Assembly (NCBI GenBank): GCA_964016885.1
Contig: OZ024740.1
Location: forward strand, 245,458,001-245,522,000
DNA: 64,000 bases
Source: Eledone cirrhosa
Lineage: Eukaryota
Reading direction: 5' to 3'
Below are positions 31,600 to 45,800 of this stretch, piece by piece. Within the stretch, counting starts at the first letter, position 1, and each line of letters starts with the position of its first letter. The position numbers were made by a program, and so were the translations under genes. The notes beneath the pieces were generated by a model. The model searched no databases. It was given only the letters and a program-made list of their open reading frames with translations, and had not been told where the DNA came from.

Positions 31600-32049
31600 T
31601 ACCCATCTGCCAGATAGTTGAACGTTCGAAAGTATATACTTTCCTTATGAAAATTAACGACTGAGCAGCCTAATTTGCATATTGAGTGAGTTAAATCGGT
31701 CAGGCATACCGAAAACGATAAATTGAAACAAAATGAAAACGAAATTTCATTTCTCACTCTTAGTATGGCACTTACTTAAATGTAAGTATGCATGTATACG
31801 TACATACATATATGTATACAGACGTACAGTAGCATGCATATGTATGTACGTATACATGCATACTTACATTTAAGTAAGTGCCATACTAAGAGTGAGAAAT
31901 GAAATTTCGTTTTCATTTTGTTTCAATTTATCGTTTTCGGTATGCCTGACCGATTTAACTCACTCAATATGCAAATTAGGCTGCTCAGCCGTTAATTTTC
32001 ATAAGGAAAGTATATACTTTCGAACGTTCAACTATCTGGCAGATGGGTA

Positions 32050-32094
32050 AACGGTGCTGATGATAGCTAACAAGCTTGAAACTAGTACATCGTT
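32050..32094 (+). ncRNA. Minimal type I hammerhead ribozyme
   Basis: aacggtg-CTGATGA-t-agct-aaca-agct-t-GAAAC-TA-GTA-catcgtt. 7-bp stem I, palindromic stem III ACTAGT. Confidence 0.88.
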
Positions 32095-32325
32095 CCTGTG
32101 TCAGTGTTGAACAAAAAGGTGACGTGGTTGCCTTAACACCGTATGGCATAAATTCAGGCTGTTCAGTTTGTTTACAAACGAACAAAGCGACGTTATAATA
32201 AGCGCCGCTAAACTGATACGTGCATATATGTATGTGTACCTGTATGTATATATGTATATATATATATATGCATGCTACTGTACGTCTGTATACATATATG
32301 TATGTACGTATACATGCATACTTAC

Positions 32326-32570
<245 letters not shown>

Positions 32571-33154
32571 CACAATATATATATGAGAGTATTGAAGTTT
32601 GCTTGAAGCATTGTGGAATAATAAGTAAATATCTTTAAGTCGTTTGGAAGCCTCGACAATGCAAATGTGTAAATCTCCGGGTAACAAGGTCCGGTGGTGG
32701 AGAGAGAGATGTAAGTGGGTGTACGTTGAGATGCGTGGTGTGTATGAGATGTGTAGAAGAATGAAGGAAAGAGTATAAAGGATAAAATTAAAATAACAAC
32801 ACGAGAGAGAGAGTTACCTTGGGAGAGATTTAATAGTCCCTATATATTTCGGATTCACATCCATCAACTGGGGGTTTTTCCGGGGTGGGGGAAAGGTTGT
32901 CTGTCGGACAGGTGCGAAACGCGTCCTCCGCTGTTTGTTGTTTTGAATATCTGAATATTCAAAACAACAAACATCTCGCTCGTATAGGACTGTCTGGCAG
33001 GTTTTCTACGACTGGATGCCCTTCCTAACACTAACCACGTTTACAGTGCGGACTGGAAGGTTTTTACCGTGTTACCTACACGGCCACATTACAGCGTGGA
33101 CTGTGTGTGTGTGTGTGTGTGTTTTTTTGTCGTGACACCTACACGACCTCATTT

Positions 33155-33462
33155 ATTTAGGACTGGATGTTGTGGTAGCAACTTGTGGTGTGCAGGAGAG
33201 AAGGCTGAGATGGTATGGACATGTGATGCGCATGCAGGATGACCGATGGGTGAAGAAGTGCCAGGAATTCCCAGTGGAGGGAAGACGCCGTAGAGGTAGA
33301 CCACGAAAAACATGCGCGGAGGTGGTGAGAGCAGACCTCAGATCGCTGAAACTCACCGAGGAGATGACGAAGGACCGTGACGGGTGGAGAGATGTTGTGC
33401 TGAATAGGACCCGTCCAACCCTTGCAAGGGGGGAAAAGCGAACATAAAATGATGATGATGAT
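33155..33462 (+). mobile_element. RTE-clade LINE 3' end
   Basis: RRLRWYGHVMRM...EGRRRRGRPRKT..EVV..DL...DRDGWR, followed by a (GAT)n tail. Confidence 0.85.
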
Positions 33463-33514
33463 ACATATATATATAATATATATATTATATATATACATAT
33501 ATATATAACTTTAT

Positions 33515-33825
33515 AACTTTGATAACTTTGGTAGGTTTCGGCCAGGTCATGTCTAACTTAATAGCACCACCTGGCGAAGTCTTTCAAATCAGGATTTGGG
33601 CACCCTGGCTCACTGAAGTAGAGAGTTATTGTTTACGGAGCATATCCGGGATTTCTTGAAGGAATTTGTCCAAAGACTTCTTGAACTTGATGGGGTCTGT
33701 TTCTGTTGTAATGTGTTTTGGTGTAATGTTAAAGAGAGCAGGGCCAATTGAGGTGAAATAATTGTGCCGTATTGTTGTTATGAGATGCGAGTGAGATTTT
33801 TGTCATGGGCAGATAGCACGGGCCA
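33515..33825 (-). mobile_element. 3' end of the same CR1-like LINE as 14835-16817
   Basis: Closely matches ~14840-15165 (GGTTTCGGCCAG..CACCACCTGGCGAAGTCTTT..). Confidence 0.8.
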
Positions 33826-34288
33826 CAAGCCTGGTAACCGATCCAGAAATCTTTGATAATGAAGTACTTATATTTTGTGTTGTTCACTTTCTAATTAAAT
33901 AGCTCTGTTCTATACATAGAGCACTCTTTTTTCCTTTGCCTTTCTTTCGGAATTACCTAACATATATATGTTATACATTTATGTATATATGCTATATATA
34001 TATACATACATTTACATTTCGATGGCCCAGCTCTATCATCCGATTATGATGCAAGACTTTATTAAACATACCGTATGTCTTTAGATATAGGAAATTCACA
34101 CGCACGCACATCTATATCTATATATATCATATATTGAGTTAGAAACTCAAAATAGTATTTTACAATTAAATAGCTCAAAGAAGTGAATCTTTCCGAGCCG
34201 TGTAATACAATTGAATATATGAGAGGGATGAACACCTAGCTAACTTGGTCATTTGCAATTCGAACACATGTTGTATCGGTGTTCATCC

Positions 34289-34367
<79 letters not shown>

Positions 34368-34854
34368 CTGATGGTCTATATATATATATTTAACGTGTGT
34401 GTGTGTGTGTATACAAATATATATATGTGTGTATGTATATATATATATATATATATACATACACACACACTCTCACATACTATTGCTACTGCGATGCATA
34501 TATGTGTCTCTTTTTGTCACCCACTCCTCCTCTCTATCTCTCTACATTCCATTCACTACATATTTTAGTCGTCATTTCCTCTAACTCAATGAAAAAAAAA
34601 AGCCATGTTGTCTGCCCGACTGACTGATGATGACCGACAGCCAACGACAGAACAACTAAGTTTGGCCCCATTTCATTTCACATTCCTTTTTATCCAGTCC
34701 TATAACTGTTGTTGTTATTGTTCCAGAACAGTTACTGTTGCACTTATTACTGCTGATCCTCAGTAGTCATAGTTTACTACTATATAAGTTCTTTAGTCCT
34801 AAATCAGCCGAGACTATCCCGTCTTTTTTTTAATCATTATCCAATATCTAGATT

Positions 34855-35280
34855 TTAAATTCCACCAAAGTCAATTTTGCCCTTCATTCTTCCGAGGTCG
34901 ATAAAATAAAGTACTTTTATACTACTGAGTCGGTTTAATCGACTTTCCCCGCTCCCTAAATCGCCGGCGTTGTGTCTAAATTAGACATCTACGGCGTCGA
35001 TAAAATAAAGTACCAGTAATACACTGTGTAATTGTTGGCCATGTGCCAAAAGTAGAAACAATTATTATCCAGCCGAGGTTAACTTTGCCTTTCATCCTTA
35101 CGAGGTCGATAAAATAAAGTACCAGTAATGCACTGACATAATTGTCGGCCTTGTGCCAAAAGTAGAAATAATTGTTTCTACTTTTGGCACAAGGCCAGCA
35201 AATTACCCAGTGCATTACTGGTACTTTATTTTATCGACCCCGTAAGGATGAAAGGCAAAGTTAACCTCAGCGGGATTAGT
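34855..35280. mobile_element. Cluster of SINE 3' fragments in tandem and inverted orientation
   Basis: GTCGATAAAATAAAGTAC occurs three times on +, then an inverted copy from ~35170. Confidence 0.75.
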
Positions 35281-36009
35281 AGAAATAATTATTATCCAAT
35301 ATCTCTTTCCGTTTTTAAAGATGCTAAGAGTGTGAGTTGAGGGGTGGGCATTTGACTGCTATGTCTAGCAAATCGAGTGGCCTGCGAAAGAGGCTATTTT
35401 TACTACTACTACTACTACTATTATTAACTACAACTATCACTACCACCTCCTCCGCTGATGCTGACGGTGAGTCACCAGTGATGAAGATACAGTACGTGTG
35501 TGTATATAAGTATACGATGTTTACGTTACAAAAACCTGGTCTATCTTGCTGTCGACTGTTACTTTTGCTGTAAGTTAAATTGTTTTGTTTCATATACTTG
35601 GTTAATCTACAATAGCGGTATGTGTTGTATATTGTTGTGGTTAATCTATTTACTTTTATAGTATATCCTTCAGAAAGACAATTTATTCCACGTTCTTAAA
35701 GTCCAGTCCAGTCAGTTGGCAAAATAAACCCATGTCTCACAAAACATTTGTATGTGGAGAAATAAAATAAATGAGTAGACCTCTATGGGTTACGACGATG
35801 AGTGTTCTAATTGTTCAATCAACGGAACAGCCTGGTCATGAAATTACAATGTAACTGCCTCAGCATTCCATAGACACGTGTACCCATAACGTAGTTTTCA
35901 GGGATATTCAGCGTAACTTGGTTTGTGATAAGGTACAGTCCATCCGACTTCCATCTACCCAATTTCACAAAGCATGGGCCAGCCCGAGACTATAGTAAAA
36001 TGACACAGA

Positions 36010-37020
36010 TCTAATTATTGCCATGCCGAAGTACTTTTACACATTTCGTAGCGCTCCTTGCTACATCCACGTCTCTCTCATCGCTGACCTCGACACTTGT
36101 ATCCGAGTGGGAGCTGCGGAGATATGCAACGTCAGGTGGCCTTGATCTCCTGTCTCACTAGCTTTGCCGACGTTTCTTTTGTCGGTAACCTTTTGCCGCG
36201 TCCTCATCAACAGTGTTCTCCAAAACACAACGGAACCCACTGTGATCGAGGAACGTGAGGCCGCCTACGAGACTTGGAACCGGCTCGGACTCTGCCCAGT
36301 AGACGTCTCTCCACTTCGCGCTGAAGACGTCGAAATCCCCTCAGAGCATATGGGATGCCATCCAGTGTGACCTGGCCTTGGACAGGCTAGCGCGCCAGCT
36401 CGACCAGTACCACCTCACTTTTTTTCGCTCAGCCTCGCATCCCCACAGTGGTGCCTGCTCAATGCCTTACAATCCTTTTCAACTGGCACGCAGCTGGATA
36501 ACGATAGCATGTGAATCAGGGTTTCCTTGAGGCTCAGCCTCCAGATCTGCGAGACCCACAAATGTCACTGCGGATCCACTGTAGACTCTTTTGGCTTCTA
36601 CCTGCTGTCTTGTCATTGCAGTGCCCGCTGCTTTCCACACCATGCTGCTTTCAACGAGGTCATAAGACATGGCTTGGATGCTTTCAGCCCCCCCCCCCCC
36701 CAGTTCAAGCCGGTGGGGCTGGACCGTGGGTATGGCAAAAGGCTAGATGGCATGTCTCTTCTTGTTCTGTGGTGGTAAACCCCACATCTGGGATGCTACA
36801 TGTAGTGACACATTCTCCAGCTGCAACCTGGTGCAGTCTGCGACTAACCCAGGCTCTACTGCACTTCGGGCTGAGGAGAGCAAACTCTCCAAATATTGGT
36901 CGCTCTCTGACAGGTTTGAGGTCGAGTCTATAGCAGTGGAGACTTCTGGTGTCCTTGGCCCTAGGGCTACCTCCTTACTCACCAACATCGGCACAGAGTT
37001 GGCTGCCCGTAGGTGTGAGC
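36010..37020 (+). mobile_element. Relic of an RLE-type (CRE-like) non-LTR retrotransposon C-terminus
   Basis: Frameshifted LRLSLQIC..CHCG..D..G..LLSC...H..FNEVIR (CCHC knuckle), GKR(P)DG..WDATCSDT..AEESKLSKY..IAVETSGVLGP (restriction-like endonuclease). Confidence 0.8.
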
Positions 37021-37298
37021 TGGACCTGGTGTATATGTATATATTTATTTACTATATGCTTGGTGTAAAATATAACTATTTTTTCTTACGCTTGTATTAC
37101 TGCGAAGCAAACTTCATGCTGTGTCGACACACAGGTGAGAGAATAACATCCTATGACTTTATATACTTCAGTTAATAATCGATATTGTTTTGCTATTGTC
37201 ATATCTAGCTAGCTATGTGATAGTAGCTTCATCTGTCCATTATATAGTAAACAAGTGGTATATGTGTGTTTATATATGCCTGTGTATGTATGTATGTA

Positions 37299-37390
<92 letters not shown>

Positions 37391-37858
37391 CAGAGACAAA
37401 GGCAATTAATGTTATTAGGTTTACGCTTAGATGAAAGAGAGAAAAGGGAGCTCAGTGGCAAAGTGAACATGAAAATGTTGGGGATGATACGTCTATGTAT
37501 ATAATATATGCTGTAGTAGAAGTTAGCAGTAGTTATGTATAATTAATGCAAACAACAGAGTATGCAATACTAAGATAGTAGTGTGTGTTAGCATTTAAAA
37601 GTCAAGAAATTCAACACTACATAGTTACTACTATATCTCACAACTTTCTCACTGGTAGCAGTGTTTAAAGACCACCACTAATGAAAAAGTAAGGAGTAGT
37701 AAGTACTTAACACTAAATTTCTAACATTCAATCAAGGAAGTCCTGGCCTGCAGCCACCACTAGATATGCTTGATCATAGTTGCAGTTACTTTCCCATCCC
37801 ATCTCATGCCATAAAATGTTCATCATTATCATCACTGCTTTCCACAGGCCAGCTTTAA

Positions 37859-38062
37859 TTAACCCCTTTCGTTACTATATTTCTAATGAAATACTTTGTA
37901 TTTTAATTAATTTATGAAGAATTTTGGAGAGGTTTACTACAATTATAATTTCATTAAGATGGTATTTGTAACATAAAAAGATATGTTGGAAAGATTTAAT
38001 TTAAGTAGGAAGGACCCCCTCAAAATGGGTGGTTTGGGGCAGGTTGGTGTCAAATAGGTTAA
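37859..38062. mobile_element. Possible piggyBac-type MITE relic
   Basis: TTAA|CCCCTTTCG...ATAGG|TTAA termini. A related end GGTAATGAAAGGG|TTAA lies at ~42187-42203. Confidence 0.4.
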
Positions 38063-39766
38063 GCAGACTTGGCAGAATTGTTAGAACATTGGAGAAAATA
38101 CTTTGAGGTTTTTATATTCTGAGTTCAATCCTGCCCTGAGGTCAACTTTGCCTTTCATCCTTCCAAGGTCGATAAAATAAAGTACTAGTAAAGTATTGAG
38201 GCTGATATAATTAATGGCCTTGTGCCCAAATTCGAAATCATTGTTGTTGTTTCATAGGTCAGCCCTCATCCAGCTGACCTTAAGATCAAATAGATTCTAG
38301 CCATGACCATCCTATCTTTTTGTATAGGTACTCAAAACTACATCATCTATTGTGATCATTTTTACAGACAGTTGGATGCAGTTTCAGAAAGATTCAGCTG
38401 CTATTTCTAGGTCAAATGACAATATAGGGAGACTCCTTACTGTGCTTCTGCCTAAACAATGATATATATACATATATAAAATGACTAAAATATTGGTGTC
38501 AGGAAAGGCATCTTGCTGAAAAACATTGCTTCAAAATTCCCATCCAACCCATACCAGCATGAAAAAGTCAATGTAAAAATGATATATATATATTCATACA
38601 TACATACATATGCACACACACACACATACATATTTACACATACATCAGGGAGGTAAGAGGGGAAGTGATAGATTGTGTCTATGTAGGTATAATTTCTGTA
38701 AAGAAGCTACTCTTCTATCTGTCTCATGCTGAGGAGAAAAAGAAGAATGTTAAAAAAACAATTATGTTTCTAATTTTAGTGACATTCTCTATAGTTTGGA
38801 ATGTTCCCATAGCAGGTGTGTTAATGGTCTTAAAATAGATCTTGGTGATTCATTGCCCTATTTTTGGCCCTCCTTACTGATTCTTCAGTTTTTGGCCTAC
38901 TTCATCAATTGGGATGGTGTGTGTATACTTGTCTTAACAATTCTTCACTAACACACATACACACATGTATTCCATTAGTTTTTAAATGAAGTAAATATTA
39001 TTAGATTCACTATTTTTTCCTTTTACATGTCTGTATAATATATTAAGTGTTTCTTGTTTCATCCATCAAAACAACACTCTATTTACATATATGTTTATTA
39101 TTGACTAGTCGACTAGATATGTCTAAGTAGTTAAGAAGTTTATTTTAAAGTCATGAAGTCCTGGTTCAATTCCACTTCATGCCATCTTGGAAAAGTGTCT
39201 GATTACCTCAGCTTTGTTAGGCTCTACCATAGCTTTGTGTTGATCCAAACTTTGTGAGTGATTATTGGGTTGATGGAAACTGGAAGCCTTTTGAATGTTT
39301 ATACTCCTTTTTGATTTACAATAGTGAGCATTATACCATCCCATGTTTCTGTTTGTATAGTACAATGTAAGTAAGATTTGGCTGCTATTGCTAATAGGTT
39401 GAATGCCTCTGTCTCACCCATGACAGTTGGTGATGGTTGAAGCAGTGACACTGGGATGAGAGCAATAGTAGTGTTAGTGATCTTGATGTTTCCAGTACAG
39501 GTAGTGATGGATGTGATGTGTGTGTGGGAGGGGGAAAATGGTTGTGGTAAGGTAATGGTGCTTGTGGTGGAGTAACAGTTAGTTGTAGTGGTGGTGGTGT
39601 AATGAAAGTGGACTTGGTGTTTATAATGGTGTTGGTAATGTTTCTTAGAGATGGTGATGGTGACAGTGATGGCAGTTTGTCTGATTTTTTTTATTATTTT
39701 CCCTAAATTTTTCATTACAGTTCAAATTGGAGCTTGTGAGGAACTGGATTACCAAATATTTCTAGA

Positions 39767-39833
39767 ATGCAGTCCTCACCATACAGAGATCCACCACCGT
39801 ACCCAGGACATTCGAAACAACTATTACAGCCTG
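39767..39833 (+). CDS. AMOT: AMOT-like coding exon 1 (MQSSPYRDPPPYPGHSKQLLQP)
   Basis: Acceptor ttcattacag ends 39720, in-frame upstream TGA at 39737, donor G|GTAGGT in phase 1 matches the next exon. Confidence 0.8.
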
Positions 39834-42800
39834 GTAGGTAGTAATTGTCTCTAATAATTGTTTGTCTCTGAATATGTATGAAGCTGTAAAAGACACCATT
39901 CAAAGAGCATCTGCAGAGTGATGGACTCCATCAGCTTTAAATGCTCAATACACACTATATGTCACAACCTGTTGCTCCATAAAAAGTTGGTGGCTCTAGG
40001 AAGTTTGGAGTAGGATGATTTGCATGAAGCCCACACATTTTGGCACAGCTATTGTATTATCTCCATGGCTTCTTAAAGGAAGCTGATGAAGATAATACAA
40101 GAATGGCAAACCTGTCGCAGTTCTTCTTCTATCGCCTAATGGTCAGACTTGTATGCATTCTTGAAAGGGGAAACAGACAGACGGGAATGGTAGGTCAGTA
40201 GGCCTTGCGATAGGTAGCTATAGTAGACCACTGGTGATGATCAGTGTGACATATCTTTTCTTCAGTCTCCATCTGTCACAGTGATCAAATGGAATGTTTG
40301 TTATATAGCACAGTCTTGAGCAGGTGATGATCTTATCTTAGAAACGTGCTCTGCCTAGCACAACTGCATCTTTAACAGCATGGCCTCAATGGCAGTGACA
40401 TTTGCCTGTTCAAAACAAATGTAAATATTATTTATATATAATATATATATGTATATAATTCATGATGATATATATAATTGGTGTGGGATGCTTAAAGCGT
40501 CCATATGCGGTAGGCCATTTGAGCACTTGATGCTCTTACAGAAGAGAGTATAATATCACATTGGAAACTCTGCTTCGAAAAATCGAGACATATTTGAGGA
40601 TCTTGCGATTTCAGAGTCTGGTTCGATCATCACATCAATCGTGCCTCAAGTTGATCGCCAGAGAAACGATTGTAATATGTCTAATAAATTTTAATTCGTC
40701 GCACCACTGATTCTCCGCTTCTTATGTGATATATATATATAAGTGTGTGTGTGTGTTAGTGTGTATGCAGAGTCATATCCATTCAATTTGACTGAGAAAT
40801 TAGGTCCCATGAATAGACAATAAGGTTTTTATTTTATTTTATTTTTTATTTTTTTGCTTAGAATATAAATTGAACTGACTAGTTTCACCTCTCTTAAACT
40901 GACTAGTTTCACCTCTCTTAAACTGACTAGTTTCACCTCTCTTAAACTGACTAGTTTCACCTCTCTTAAACTGACTAGTTTCACCTCTCTTAAACTGACT
41001 AGTTTCACCTCTCTTAAACTGACTAGTTTCACCTCTCTTAAACTGACTAGTTTCACCATCTCTTAAACTGACTAGTTTCACCTCTCTTAAACTGACTAGT
41101 TTCACCTCTCTTAAACTGACTAGTTTCACCTCTCTTAAACTGACTAGTTTCACCTCTCTTAAACTGACTAGTTTCACCTCTCTTAAACTGACTAGTTTCA
41201 CCATCTCTTAAACTGACTAGTTTCACCTCTCTTAAACTGACTAGTTTCACCTCTCTTAAACTGACTAGTTTCACCTCTCTTAAACTGACTAGTTTCACCT
41301 CTCTTAAACTGACTAGTTTCACCTCTCTTAAACTGACTAGTTTCACCTCTCTTAAACTGACTAGTTTCACCTCTCTTAAACTGACTAGTTTCACCTCTCT
41401 TAAACTGACTAGTTTCATCTCTCTTAAACTGACTAGTTTCACCTCTCTTAAACTGACTAGTTTCACCTCTCTTAAACTGACTAGTTTCACCATCTCTTAA
41501 ACTGACTAGTTTCACCTCTCTTAAACTGACTAGTTTCACCTCTCTTAAACTGACTAGTTTCACCTCTCTTAAACTGACTAGTTTCACCTCTCTTAAACTG
41601 ACTAGTTTCACCTCTCTTAAACTGACTAGTTTCACCTCTCTTAAACTGACTAGTTTCACCTCTCCCTACGAAGCTACAAAATGTTACTCACAGTGATATA
41701 TATACTGTGTATAAGATAAATTGCATCTCCATTTTGCATACAATTGCAATGTATCATATATTTTGTATTGAGGTTTAGTAGATCCAGTAGATAAATCATA
41801 TCTGGTGTTTTGTATTGCATTTTCATGGGGGGAAAAAGTAAGACTCATACACACACATATATATGATGCCAAACACAACTTATTTACTTAGGAGAACAAA
41901 GTTGATATTGTGACATTAATAACCACTGTTCCAATATAGTGTTATGAATAAATAAATATGCATATGGAGTCATGTTGATGCATTTAGATCCCATGGTTAG
42001 CAATATATTGTAAGTATGGATACCACACCAAGAACTACCAAGAATTAAAATGTTAAATAATGTTCTAAATATCACCTTCTAGATATCATCTTACCAATGA
42101 AAAGTTTAGTAATTTTATTTGATTCCTCCGAGCTTTGGTTATTTTCAAAAATAATTGAAATACATAATATATTTCATAAAAAATATGGTAATGAAAGGGT
42201 TAAAGTCATTGTAAACTTGGATTTTTTTTCTCAATTATTGTTCTAAATATACCAGTCAAATTTTGGGGTCAGTATAATATGAGATTTTGTATCTAAGATA
42301 GGAATTGATATTAAGAATTAATGGGATGGAATTGTCTGCATATTTTCATGAAAATACATGTCTTAAAAAATAAAATTCTTCTTTATCTTTTTGTTAAAGG
42401 TTTACGCCAAAGTTTTTCTGGCAGTGAAACAAGTACAGATGTATCACTTTCGTCAACAGAAAACTTAAGCACCTCTCAGAGACAAGAACCACAAGGAGAG
42501 GAAACACATTCACAAGAAATGTATTACGATCTTAAAACAGCATCAAGATATTCGATGTTAGCTCAGCTTGGAATGCAAATACCAGTGGACTTGAAAGATC
42601 TGAACAATCAACCAATTTTCGCCACAACAACCCAGCAGAATATACCCAGTGTTTATACGACACCTACAGCTCAGTATTATTCCACATCACTAACACCAAC
42701 TGTTTCTTCAGGTGATTGGCAGAACAGTCAATTAGTAACTTGTACAGTGGCTGATTCTCAGGTGATACCAATAAATGCCACAACAGTAACTGTACCTACT

Positions 42801-45800
42801 ACTGTTGCTTACACAACACAGTGCTGGTCCCAACACCACATGGACCCACAAGTATTACAGTATCTTAGCAATCTGCCACCACCACCGGAGTATCCAAGAG
42901 CAAAATCTGAAAGTGATAGTGTGAATAATGATTTACGTCGTTCCTATGAAATGCTGGAGAAGGTTGAACGTACAAGATCTCAACCAGATCTTACAAGGTT
43001 TGAATCTCAATTTCGCCAAGCCAATTCAAATGTTTCGCATTTCTATGTTGGAGAGAAGAGTCCTTTAACCAAAGAAAATACAAATTCGTAAGTATTTTTG
43101 TTATTATCTATACATAATATAAAAGAGAGATGTTTGTTGATTAGTTCCTTTGTGCATCACACAAAAACGAAAACTGACAATCGAAAATTTAGTACAGCAA
43201 TGGAATAAGGGTCTACTCAGGAAGGTTTATTGATACTAATTTTATAACATCAAAGAAGAAGAGAAACATTCCGGGTATGCTAACCAACCTGACTGTTATT
43301 TCTAGCAGGTTGAGAATCAACTATAAGGGATTCTCTCTGCGCGTTTGTTGTCAGTGATGATCGTGTTTCGCAAGCAGCATCGCCAATTCGAACACTTGTT
43401 TACAAATGCACACACACACTCACACACATTTATATATAATTACCTATATCTATATATAATATAAAAGATTGGAACTTCCATCATCCATTTGAGAAAGGTG
43501 GACCAACCACGTCTATGCAATGACACATGCTTTACAGTGATGAACCATCTCCTAGAAGTCACTATTCTTGGAGGCAATCATCAAGGAGAAAATGCATTTA
43601 TTCCCAAGATTCCTCTTATCCCTTCCTCTACTGAGCTGCCATTCAAATTCTCAAGACTTCAGTTCTCTGTTAGAGCCAGTTTTGCTATGACCATAAAGCT
43701 CAGTTGTAGAATTGAATACAAGAGAATTGTCTTTTACCCATGGACAGTTATATGTAGGTTGGTCATGAAAACACCTAGAAATCTTAATATACTATGCACA
43801 AACAGTAAAACGAAGAATCTCGTGTATCTGGAAGATTTTTTTACTGTTTTTTCTTTTTTCTGTCACACACACACACCATGGCCTCGCCTCATAATGTAAA
43901 CTAGACAATGCATCCAATACAGTCATTTTCTCTTCCACCCGTCTTCTCTTATCATTTGTTTACCCAGGCAAAGCTGGGTATGTCTGCTAGTAAGAGATAT
44001 AAAGTAACAATATGTGGGAAAAGGTTTCTTGTATATTGCAGTTATTCCCAAGCTGGAGTCCACTAAGATGATACTGGGGGTCCATGAGCTAAATTCAAAA
44101 TTTCAAGTACTTTGTTAAAAAATAATATGCACATGCTACTAGGCATCCATTCTTGTCTAAGTATAAACATTTCTCTCTTTCGATTGTTTTTTCCCTGCAT
44201 AATGATCTGAGCAGGAAGAAGTTGTAGTGGGGTGGGTCATAGGAAAGAAAATTAATTTAAATAAATGGGCTCCTTGTAGTGGAAATGTTGGGAACAGTTG
44301 AGCTATAATTTATAGATACAATGGAAGCTGCTTATTATAATCAGAGGTAATGTTATCACCCAATTATTGCTATTGAAATTTATAGGACTAAAATTGCTTA
44401 TTTATTTAATGTTATCAACTTGTAATCATTATCAAAAAAGCTTCATTCCAAAACAATCAGAATAAGCAACTTCCACTGTGTATATAGCTGAACATATGGA
44501 CAGAGCAATATGAGTTATTGTTTATATAATGAGCATATAAACATACATCATTCCATCCTTTCTTCCTTCTTTAAGCCCTCAATTCCTTTGGAATGTTTGA
44601 ACATTCTGAGAGGGCAGTAACTCCAAATAAGAAGTGAGTTGGAGTATGATGACCCATCCAGCTTATGTCAACATACAAAACATGAAAAATAATGATGATT
44701 CTTTCCTTAATCAATGTCTAACTTAAATATTTTTGTCTTTTGCAGTGCTTTAGAAAGTCACAAAGAGGAATTAACTCTGCAAACAGAACAACATCCTGCT
44801 TTGTTATTGGCTCGTACTAAACATATTGTTGATATTCTGAACAATGAAAACCGATTCCTCAAAGAAAAAATGAAGACTATGAATGAAGATCTCAACAGAA
44901 GCAGAAAGCGAGTTGTGACGTTACAAAAAGTGTGTATTGATTTAGTTGTTTTTACTTTAGTGGAGTGTAGGAGTGCACATGTTGTGTGGCTGTAGAGTGC
45001 TCATGTGATTTAGCTCAAATGTCCAATCATAAATCTATCCAATCAGAGCTTATGTAGAACTAAACAATATACAGAACTGGTGTTATTGTGTTTGTTGTTG
45101 ATGTTGCTCAGCCTCAGGTCAATTTTGACTAAATATATCTATTACCAAAGACGTTCCTTCCATGACCACAATTTCTTTCCCTTCAGCATTGTATATTTAG
45201 CACTACATATCCAATGTGTCCTTTCCTGATTTAAGACAGCAAAGTGTCATTTTAGAGAGATTTGGTTGCTATCTCTAGCACAGTGGTTCCCAAACTTATT
45301 TTGTTACTGAACAGAACCCTTTTCAAAAATTTGTGGAACCCATTGGACAGTCTCCACCACCTAAATTTGCAAATTTTAAATGAAATAAAAATTGTTTTAG
45401 AGTGATAATTTAGTCATATAAAAAGTTATATAATAAATTTTTATTAATTTTAAAAAAGCCCACCTTATCTTTCAAAACCTACTTTGGGAAGCACTCCATG
45501 TTGAATCCTCTTCATTAGCTTGTTTTCAAAACAGCCAGTAATTATTTATAGTGTTAGAAATTAAATAATTTACTGATAAATAATCATTTTTTAATGACTT
45601 TTCAATTGCTGCATCAGTGTGAAGACGAGATCTCAAAGGTCACAGAAGAATACCAAACTTTAGAAAAGAAATCACGCAAACTTCAACAATGGGAAGCAGC
45701 CTACAGACGGAAACTTGAAGAAGAAAACAAAAAAATAGGTTCAGAGAACAAATATTACAAAGGTAAATATTACAAAGGCACGTCCTTATGGTTAAACCAT

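Noticed and set aside
34615-34660. CTGATGA motif as a hammerhead
   Set aside because: No stem II followed by GAAA, and no stem I complement.
40829-41662. CRISPR-like array or VKLVSLRE repeat protein
   Set aside because: Contiguous 24-bp units without unique spacers, eukaryotic intron context, no cas genes. The ORFs are repeat artefacts broken by 25-bp variants.
42321-42399. ATG at 42321 as the angiomotin start
   Set aside because: It lies in intronic polypyrimidine sequence upstream of the acceptor at 42399; the PPPY exon at 39767 splices in phase.
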